From Sedimentisphaera cyanobacteriorum (GTDB lineage: Bacteria > Planctomycetota > Phycisphaerae > Sedimentisphaerales > Sedimentisphaeraceae): 32,000 nucleotides of DNA. The stretch is taken from NCBI RefSeq assembly GCF_001997385.1, contig NZ_CP019633.1, positions 2,580,001-2,612,000 of the forward strand, read 5' to 3'. The translations under genes and the position numbers were made by a program. The notes under the pieces were generated by a model, which did no database searches, was not told the origin of the DNA, and saw only the letters and a list, made by a program, of their open reading frames with translations. Below, piece by piece: positions 17,019 through 24,344 of the stretch (positions are counted from its first letter, which is position 1; each line of letters opens with the position of its first letter).

Positions 17019-20000
17019 CTATCTGCCAAGCTCTTTCAGTATACTGAAACATTCATCTATCTGGTTTATATCGAAAGATTTTGCAGCAAAATCAAGCTTT
17101 TGAGCCAGAACTTTAAGCTCTTCATTTTTGTTTTCCTCTGCGAATATACTAATAGTCCCGGTCAGTTCTGTTATTGGTTTCATCGCCAGCCCGGCAGAGC
17201 TTGCCTCTTCAACGAGAGGATAGATTTGTTCTTTGTATTTTTCGGCATCCTTTTTAGAAAGCTTAATATTTTTATTGAGCTTTTCCCCAGTGCCTTTGTT
17301 CTTAGTTGTGGCGGTCTTTTTTGATATTGCGCTATCGACGTATTTTTTTATTACTCTTACTAAATCAGCCTTTGAAACAGGCTTATGCAATACATCATCA
17401 AAAAGGCTTATATCGTAATGCTGTTTTTCGAAGATATCCGCGGTAACTGCGATAAAACGTGCTTTAGCTCCGAGCTTGGTTTGCTTTATTTGCTTAACAG
17501 TTTCATCGCCGGCCAACCCGGGCATTCTCAAATCGCAAAGCACAATCGGTGCAGAGTTTTTTTCGAAATACTCCACAGCACTTCTGCCTGAATCAAACGG
17601 AACAGCTTCCAGATTGAGTAATTTAAGCAGTTCGCATAATACCTTCAGGTTATCCTCGTCATCTTCTACAGCAACTGCCTTGCAAGGGCTGAAGACAACG
17701 TTTTCCAAGCGGTCGTCATAAGAATCTATCTCAGCATATTTTCGCTTGGGCAGATGCAGGCGGAAAGTGCTTCCTTTTCCAATTTCGCTCTCAACAGAGA
17801 GCTCTCCTCCAATCAGTTCTGCAAGCTTTGCTGAAATTGAAAGCCCAAGCCCGCTGCCTTGGTGCTTTTTGGTTGGGCCGCCGTCGATCTGCTCAAAAGA
17901 TTCGAATATTTTCTTTTGATCTTCTTTCTTTATCCCCGCCCCGGTATCACTAACCGCGAACTCTAAATCATAGAGATCGCTTTTTTCGCTCGATCTGTAA
18001 ACACCCGCCTTCAGGTCGATATGTCCTTTTTCTGTAAACTTGGCGGCATTCCCGAGCAGATTAACCAGAATCTGTCTTAATCGTGTTCCGTCAATCAGAA
18101 TCCCGTTTACGGTGAGTTCCTTAGAAAGATTGAATTTAAGTCCCTTGCTTGTTATTTTGTGCTCGAAAATAGCTTCCAGTTCGTTCATAAGCGAGCCGAT
18201 ATCCAGCGGCTTATTGCTCACCGTGAATTTGCCTGCATCTATTCGGGAAAGATCCAGCACATCATTAACAAGGGCAAGCAGGGATTTGCCTGCAATATTC
18301 ATAGATTCAACGTGCTTGAGAACAACGGGGTCCAGGTTGCTCTGCCTTACGATATTGCCGTATCCGATAATGGCATTGAGAGGCGTGCGGATTTCGTGGC
18401 TCATATTAGCGAGGAATCGGCTCTTTGCCATATTCGCTTTCTCAGCCTCCTCTGCTGCTATTTCGAGAGACTGCTGGTAATTTTTCAGCTCTGTTATATC
18501 CCGAACCCATTCAACGAAGTATTGGCACTTCTTTTCTCCATCGGGAGCTATAGGCATAACCCTTATATCAAACCATCTTCCATCCGGGAGCTGGGCTTCT
18601 CTGTGAATCTGTTTGCCGGCATTGAGAACTTCGCCCGCCTTGCAGTCCGGGCAGATATCATCATACCCGCGGTATGTCTTGTAGCATTTTGTTCCTGTAA
18701 ATCTTTTTTCTTCAGCTACAGCGGCAAATCCGTTCCAGTTGCTGAACACTATGTTCATATCGCGGTCGTGAATAGATACCATATCGGGGATGGTATGGAG
18801 CACTTTGTTGAAACGTTCCTCGTTTTCCCTTATTTTGCGCTGGTATTCATACTCTTTGGTAACATCTCTGAACACAAGAACAACGCCAGTCATTTTGCCC
18901 TTTGAATTTCTGATAGGCGCTCCGCTGTCTGCGATCTGGTATTCGCTGCCGTCTTTTGATGTCAGCACGGTATGATTGGCAAGACCAACGATTATTCCCT
19001 TCTCAAGAACTTTCTCCACGGGATTTTCTGCTGGTTCGTTAGTTCCGCCCTTGAAAATATTGAAAACCTCAAATATGTCCCTGCCTTGAGCCTCTTTCAG
19101 GCTGAAGCCCGTAAGCTTCTCTGCTACGGGATTAAACAGAACTATACGCCCCTGAAGGTCTGTTGATATAACCGCATCCCCGATTGAATCGAGAGTAATC
19201 CTGAGATTTTCTTCGCTCTGTTCGAGCTGAAGGAGAGTTTTCTTCTTTTCGGTAATATCTTCTGTGAAGCCGAGGAATCTGTCCTCGCTGAGCTTCACTG
19301 CTGAAACAGACCACCATCTCCTCTCGCCGTTTTTGTGGAAGTGCTCTGTTTCCCCGTAGGAAAGGCCCATTTGAACGAGTTGTTTGAAATGCTGCTCTCC
19401 AAGCTTTTTGCTCTCAGGCGTGAGCATATCCGGGATAGACATCTTCGTAAGCTCTTCTCTGCTGTATCCTGTTAGCCTGCAGGCGCAGGGATTAACCTCT
19501 ATATACCGGCCTTTGGAGTCTGCAACGAATACCCCGAAAGGCGCGTTGTCTATATAGCTTCTCAGCTTGGCTTCACTTTGAGCGAGCTTATCGGAAGCCT
19601 CTTTGCTTTCTGTGATGTCCTGCAGGGTTCCGCGGATAACGTTTTCATCTTTGTTGTATTCAGCGACCGGGTGAATCCATCGTATCTTGCCGTCTGAGGG
19701 GCGTTTGATTTTGAATATTTCATCGTATTTCTTCTCGCCTGAGATGAGTTTTTCAATAGCTTCATCGAGCTGTTTTCTGTATTTTTTCAGCGGAATTTTT
19801 TGAACGTCAGGGATCGTATAGTTTTTTTCGGGGTCTAAGCCGTAAATTTTGCAAGTTTGCGCGGAGGCCGTAACCTCGGAGGTGTTCATATTGAATTTCC
19901 AGCTGCCGATTTCCCCGATCTCCTGAGCCCTTTTGAGCTCTTTTTCGCTTTCTTCTATCCTTTTGCGGTTCTTGTACTGTTCAGTTATATCTCGGAACAC

Positions 20001-22178
20001 AAGCACAACGCCTGTAATATTTCCCTTATCGTCCTTTATCGGTGCTGCGCTGTCAGCTATTTGATACTCGTTCTGGTCTGCTGAGGTAAGAACAGTGTCG
20101 TTGGAAAGTTCAAATTCCCTGCCTGTTTTTAGAACCTCTTTCACAGGGTTTGGAGCTTTCTTTCCTGTGCTCGCGCTCTTGATATTGAGAATTTCTGAAA
20201 CCGGCCTGCCTTCGGCCTTGCTGAAATCTATTCCAAGAAGCTTTTCTGCGTTGGGGTTCATCAGTGTAATAATCCCCTGCGTGTCAGCAGCAATCACTGC
20301 ATCGCCGATTGAGTTTAGCGTGATGCGGAGGTTTTCAGCCTGCTTTTGTTTTTCCAGCTCTGCACTCTTTCTGTCGGTGATGTCAGTCCCGTAGAGGTTT
20401 ATGTATCCTGGCGGGTCTATAAAGGAATACCAGAAGTTGTAGATTCGCCCGTTATTTGCTGTTTCGAATTTGCCTACTTCTGTTTTTGGTGAAATGTAAG
20501 CAGCTTTATCTTTCATTGCACCAATAAGTACTTCTTTTCTGTCTTCAAATTTTGTGAATTTTTTAGCAGCCTCATTGCTGTATAACACCCCGCCTTCAGG
20601 ACTGATTCGCAGTACAGGGTTGGGGTTTTCCTCAGGGAATTTAGACAGGTCGTCTATTCTTTTTCTCGCCTCAATCTCTTTAGATATATCCGAGGCGTAG
20701 ATGTTTATGTAGTTATCCGGCGAGATTTTTGTATAGGAAATTCGGTAAGTTTTTTTGCCCAGCTTATAATTGAAAACGCCTGTAGAGCTGATGCAGCATT
20801 CAATTAGCACCTGATCTTTGAATTCTTTCTTTAGCTTCCTGTTATTTTCGTTTATTTCAACAAACTCCTCGCCTGCTTTGTTGGTGTAGTAAAGCTCGCC
20901 TATCTCGCTCATCCTGAGAACAGGATTGGGATTCTCCGAGGGAAACTTTGAGAGCAGGCGGATTGTCTTTATTGATTCAAGCTCTTCGGTTATATCTCTG
21001 AAAACGCAGTGGCTCTTTACTGGATTTCCTTCCAAATCGTAGGGAAATCGCCCCTGAAAAGATACAGTAATCAGATTCCCGTCTGCCTTTATCATCTCAA
21101 AGATTACATTGTCAATCTCGCCGCAATTTTGAAATTCCTTAAACTTTTCTTTGAAGGCATCTTTGTAGTTTTCGGTAACAAAATCGCCAAACCACCTGCC
21201 GACTACATCCTTCTTTGAATAGCCCAGATGCTCAAGCCAAGCAGGATTAACCTCAATAAATCGCCCCTCCTCGTTAAGCGACTGATAGGGCAGGGGAGCA
21301 TTATCGAACATAGACTTGAATTTGTCTTCATTTATCCTTGAAGCGGTTTCCGCCTTCTTGATTTCGTTTATATCCAGCACCACGCCTACAAGCCTTATGA
21401 TATTGCTGGCGGGCAGATAATCTTTAACCTGAGCAGAAACTTTTGTCCATTTGTATCTCTCAGGGCTGATATTTACCCTCAGATCAGCTGAAAACTGCTT
21501 TGTTTTTCCAGCAGCGCAGTCTGCGAGAATTTTGTTTATCTTTTTGCGGTCTTCAGGGTGGAGCTTTTCGAGAATGATTGAGATGTCCTGCTCCTCCGCC
21601 CTGTATTCAAGGCCGTTATTAACGAACCACTGCTTATTGGCCTTAAGTTTTCCTGAGCTAAGGTTTAAATCGAAAACTCCCACATCACCTACTGAGGAGC
21701 TTGTGTCGAAAACCTCCCGCTGAAGCTTCAAACTGCTTACATCTCTCAGATATCCGTTGAGGAAAATCGCCTCTCCCTTTTCGCCCCGTATCACCTCTGT
21801 GAACCCTTCGAGCCATTTGATTCTGCCGTCTTTCAGGAGTATGCGGAAATTGCAATCGAAGCTGTCTAGGCCGCCGAGATTTAGAGAATTTTCGAAAAGC
21901 CGGCTGTACTGCTTCTGGTCTTCAGGGTGAATCAGATTTATAAAGAAGCTTTGAGAGGGCTTTATGGATTTGTCCACTTCGAGGATTGAATAAAGCTGCT
22001 CAGACCAAACCATCTCATCTTTAGACGCATCATAACTCCAGTAGCCGGTGAGCGAGAGGTTGTGCGCTTTTTCGAGACGCTTTTCTCTCTGTCTTAAACG
22101 TTCGATTTCGAACTTCTGCTCTGTTACGTCCTGAATCGCCCCGAACCGCCTGAGAAATCGGCCGTCATCATCGAACAC
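17019..22178 (-). CDS. Hybrid sensor histidine kinase, multi-PAS (main body; frame is open upstream to 22352)
   Basis: At least 10 PAS/PAC-type repeats. HisKA H-box SHEIRTPLNAIIGY. HATPase_c N box LVNLLGNAAKFT and G boxes DTGAGI and GSGLGLSI. Receiver domain (VLCDLRMPGLAGDE) and a helical HPt-like tail. The track start at 22178 is an internal GVG-type codon (GTG) inside a PAS domain. Confidence 0.9.
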   Translation of the reverse strand: MFDDDGRFLRRFGAIQDVTEQKFEIERLRQREKRLEKAHNLSLTGYWSYDASKDEMVWSEQLYSILEVDKSIKPSQSFFINLIHPEDQKQYSRLFENSLNLGGLDSFDCNFRILLKDGRIKWLEGFTEVIRGEKGEAIFLNGYLRDVSSLKLQREVFDTSSSVGDVGVFDLNLSSGKLKANKQWFVNNGLEYRAEEQDISIILEKLHPEDRKKINKILADCAAGKTKQFSADLRVNISPERYKWTKVSAQVKDYLPASNIIRLVGVVLDINEIKKAETASRINEDKFKSMFDNAPLPYQSLNEEGRFIEVNPAWLEHLGYSKKDVVGRWFGDFVTENYKDAFKEKFKEFQNCGEIDNVIFEMIKADGNLITVSFQGRFPYDLEGNPVKSHCVFRDITEELESIKTIRLLSKFPSENPNPVLRMSEIGELYYTNKAGEEFVEINENNRKLKKEFKDQVLIECCISSTGVFNYKLGKKTYRISYTKISPDNYINIYASDISKEIEARKRIDDLSKFPEENPNPVLRISPEGGVLYSNEAAKKFTKFEDRKEVLIGAMKDKAAYISPKTEVGKFETANNGRIYNFWYSFIDPPGYINLYGTDITDRKSAELEKQKQAENLRITLNSIGDAVIAADTQGIITLMNPNAEKLLGIDFSKAEGRPVSEILNIKSASTGKKAPNPVKEVLKTGREFELSNDTVLTSADQNEYQIADSAAPIKDDKGNITGVVLVFRDITEQYKNRKRIEESEKELKRAQEIGEIGSWKFNMNTSEVTASAQTCKIYGLDPEKNYTIPDVQKIPLKKYRKQLDEAIEKLISGEKKYDEIFKIKRPSDGKIRWIHPVAEYNKDENVIRGTLQDITESKEASDKLAQSEAKLRSYIDNAPFGVFVADSKGRYIEVNPCACRLTGYSREELTKMSIPDMLTPESKKLGEQHFKQLVQMGLSYGETEHFHKNGERRWWSVSAVKLSEDRFLGFTEDITEKKKTLLQLEQSEENLRITLDSIGDAVISTDLQGRIVLFNPVAEKLTGFSLKEAQGRDIFEVFNIFKGGTNEPAENPVEKVLEKGIIVGLANHTVLTSKDGSEYQIADSGAPIRNSKGKMTGVVLVFRDVTKEYEYQRKIRENEERFNKVLHTIPDMVSIHDRDMNIVFSNWNGFAAVAEEKRFTGTKCYKTYRGYDDICPDCKAGEVLNAGKQIHREAQLPDGRWFDIRVMPIAPDGEKKCQYFVEWVRDITELKNYQQSLEIAAEEAEKANMAKSRFLANMSHEIRTPLNAIIGYGNIVRQSNLDPVVLKHVESMNIAGKSLLALVNDVLDLSRIDAGKFTVSNKPLDIGSLMNELEAIFEHKITSKGLKFNLSKELTVNGILIDGTRLRQILVNLLGNAAKFTEKGHIDLKAGVYRSSEKSDLYDLEFAVSDTGAGIKKEDQKKIFESFEQIDGGPTKKHQGSGLGLSISAKLAELIGGELSVESEIGKGSTFRLHLPKRKYAEIDSYDDRLENVVFSPCKAVAVEDDEDNLKVLCELLKLLNLEAVPFDSGRSAVEYFEKNSAPIVLCDLRMPGLAGDETVKQIKQTKLGAKARFIAVTADIFEKQHYDISLFDDVLHKPVSKADLVRVIKKYVDSAISKKTATTKNKGTGEKLNKNIKLSKKDAEKYKEQIYPLVEEASSAGLAMKPITELTGTISIFAEENKNEELKVLAQKLDFAAKSFDINQIDECFSILKELGR

Positions 22179-22285
22179 GTTGATTGAATTGATATTTATA
22201 TATTTGATTTCTCCGTCGCCCGCCTTTAGGCGATAGAAATAGCTCTGGTGAACTGTCCCATTTCTAATTCCGGCATCAATTTTTT

Positions 22286-22885
22286 TTACGGCATTTTCAC
22301 GGTCATCAGGGTGGATAAAACTGAAAAGCTCTTCTCTGGACAGGGATTTTTTTCAACGCCGAAAATCTCGTAGAAAGAATCGCTGCCGGTGTAGAGCCTT
22401 GTTTTAGGGTCGTAGTTCCATGCAGCGGATTTTACAAGCGTATCTGAGTGATCAATATCGATTGGTGCAGTGGAGGTGGGGTCTGAGATTTCCCGCTCGA
22501 TATCGCTTATCAGACGTTTTTTTATAACCTCAAGACTGCTTTCAGCAGATTCTGGAAAAGCTTTTGAGCTGCAAGCGCAGAGCTGATAAGAAACCCCCTT
22601 GTATTCAAAAGGATAAATCAGACATTCACTGCAGCCTGAGCAGAGAGTTTTTGTCTTAAACCTTAAGGAGGCATTTTTTTTGTCTGCATTTACAGCCGCC
22701 TCTGTGAATTCGCTGGAAAGGGAGATGTTTGGCGTTTGGAGTTTGTTCTGAGTTCCCGCAGCGAGCAGCTTGCAGCTGTTTTCTTCCAGAAAGGTGAGGA
22801 AAACTGCTCTGCACCCGGTCAGCCCTGCTGATAGCCCGAGCTCATCATTCCATTTACGCGTGTATTTTTTGTACAAGTTTTTCAT
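22286..22885 (-). CDS. N-terminal fragment of the same histidine kinase, in a different frame
   Basis: It ends with the first half of a PAS domain (AAWNYDPKTRLYTGSDSFYEIFGVEK). The second half (EELFSFIHPDDRENAV...) continues in the -1 frame after the A7 run at 22347-22353. Confidence 0.65.
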   Translation of the reverse strand: MKNLYKKYTRKWNDELGLSAGLTGCRAVFLTFLEENSCKLLAAGTQNKLQTPNISLSSEFTEAAVNADKKNASLRFKTKTLCSGCSECLIYPFEYKGVSYQLCACSSKAFPESAESSLEVIKKRLISDIEREISDPTSTAPIDIDHSDTLVKSAAWNYDPKTRLYTGSDSFYEIFGVEKNPCPEKSFSVLSTLMTVKMP

Positions 22886-23274
22886 CCAACTTTTTGCTGA
22901 GCCCGCCTTGGCTGTTTACCAACCTCAGGTAACAATAGAATAAAAGGTTTTATTAATATGCTGAACCTCATTTGCTGAACATCGCAAATAAGAGAGATAT
23001 ATTTTCCTTTCTGAATTTATACTAACATAATCAAGCATCTTTAACAAGTATATTTTACCACCAAAACCATTATTGTGTACTTTATCTTAGTCCTTTTCTG
23101 AAATTTCCTATTTCGACCTAAATCCCTCACTGAATCTGAGAGTTCCTATGTGTTTGAAAAACTTAGAAAAACTAAGGATTGCTGAGCTTTAGAAAAAAAT
23201 CGTGTGCGGCAATTTTTTTCAGCCGCTGAGCAGCACTGAGGGTTTGACGAACTACTAATTCACGCTGATTTTTG

Positions 23275-23360
23275 CTGATGATTTTGCTGCGAGCCACACG
23301 CCGCTAACCACACGCCGCGAATCTGCCCGCTTGTTTTCTCCGCCTGCGGCGGACAGGCTC
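23275..23360 (+). repeat. GC-rich palindromic (REP-like) element, long copy
   Basis: CTGATGATTTTGCTGCG (23275-23291) is the exact reverse complement of 16944-16960. A tandem CCACACGCCGC x2 follows, then CCGCTTG...TCTCCGCC-TGC-GGCGGACAGG (core hairpin 23339-23353). Confidence 0.6.
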
Positions 23361-23462
23361 CCCGACTTCGGCGGACTCCACGCACGGCTCTAATTGTCAT
23401 TAGTATTACGCTGCGATTTCACGAAACGAACATTTATCTGCATTTCTCCGATATCTCCGATA

Positions 23463-23496
23463 ACTCTCCGCCTGCGGCGGACAGGCGGACAGGCTC
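23463..23496 (+). repeat. REP-like core copy
   Basis: ACTCTCCGCC-TGC-GGCGGACAGGCGGACAGGCTC (core 23467-23481), preceded by a tandem TCTCCGATA x2. Confidence 0.55.
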
Positions 23497-23706
23497 AATG
23501 TTTAACATCCTCCGTACTACAGCGGAGCGACGCAAGTCGCCCGCCAGGCATTCTTTTCGAAAAGATTTTTCGCTTACCGCCGGCTCTTCACGTTTCGCTA
23601 TCCTAGCGGGGAGCTTGCGCTCCACCGCTCTGCGACGCTGCATTATTAAGCAGCGAACCGCTGGCTCAGTCCGTAAATGCTGCGGCCAGCCTATAATAGA
23701 CCTTGA

Positions 23707-23740
23707 TTGTCCGCTTGTTCCGCTCCGCCTTCGGCGGAAG
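23707..23740 (+). repeat. REP-like core copy (variant loop)
   Basis: ATTGTCCGCTTGTTCCGCTCCGCC-TTC-GGCGGAAG (core 23724-23738). Confidence 0.5.
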
Positions 23741-23764
23741 AAATAAGTGGGCAGGTTCGCCCAC
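23738..23764 (-). terminator. Candidate rho-independent terminator of the ATPase / membrane-protein operon
   Basis: On the minus strand, GTGGGC-GAACCT-GCCCAC is followed by TTATTTCTT. It lies 42 nt after the stop at 23806. Confidence 0.45.
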
Positions 23765-23805
23765 CACAGACAGACGCAGCAATTACGATTGAGCCCTATT
23801 GCTGA

Positions 23806-24336
23806 TTAATTTTCAGACTCTCTTATCCAGCGTATTACCTCAGGCAGAACATCTTCATCTTCGCAGAGCGAGAGCTCTCTTGCTATGCTCTCGCATGCAG
23901 TGATTTGCTTAGCGGCAGTTTTGTTTGTCTTTTGAAGCTTATCCTGAATAGCGGGTAATGAGCCTGAAGCTGTCGTTCCTGCTGCGAAAATAATAAACCA
24001 GAAACCCAGCCAGCACGCAAAACCGGCCGCCGCAGGTTTCAAGGTTAAATCCAGAATCGCAGGCAGGTTTAAATCTGGTATATTGCTCAGAAGGAGTTTG
24101 GCAGCAAAAGTGAGAAATACATAAATAACGCCTGCTATTACAAGCAAAGCCCCGCCTTTCACTGCGGCTGTGTTCAGCGACGCTGCCTCTGCGCTCCCGA
24201 GCATCCCTAAAATCAGTATAGAAAGATGCACTGATATTATTACATTAAAACTGTGCAGCCATACTGAGATAAAATTTTTCTTCAATGAGATTAGAATGCC
24301 GGCAGCAGCTGCTGTTAAAGCCAGTAAAATTAACAT
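23806..24336 (-). CDS. Small polytopic membrane protein (about 5 TM helices), unknown family
   Basis: 176 aa with hydrophobic segments LILLALTAAAAGILI, VIISVHLSILILGML, GGALLVIAGVIYVFLTFAA and FACWLGFWFIIFAAG, and an acidic C-terminal tail. The ATG lies 8 nt after the ATPase stop, with GAGG overlapping that stop. Confidence 0.6.
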   Translation of the reverse strand: MLILLALTAAAAGILISLKKNFISVWLHSFNVIISVHLSILILGMLGSAEAASLNTAAVKGGALLVIAGVIYVFLTFAAKLLLSNIPDLNLPAILDLTLKPAAAGFACWLGFWFIIFAAGTTASGSLPAIQDKLQKTNKTAAKQITACESIARELSLCEDEDVLPEVIRWIRESEN

Positions 24337-24344
24337 AAATGCCT

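Noticed and set aside
16983-17324. 113-aa plus-strand ORF starting in the REP-like region.
   Set aside because: It overlaps the 3' end of the kinase gene on the opposite strand and has no supporting motif.
18159-18905. 248-aa plus-strand ORF (and several smaller ones from 17233 to 21723) inside the kinase gene.
   Set aside because: All are antisense to a continuous 1.7-kaa ORF with HisKA, HATPase and PAS motifs, so they are shadow ORFs.
23394-23746. Three overlapping ORFs of 69-82 aa on both strands in the GC-rich repeat region.
   Set aside because: They overlap each other, are Arg-rich because of the GC-rich palindromes, and are made up largely of the repeat units. This is better explained as non-coding repeats.
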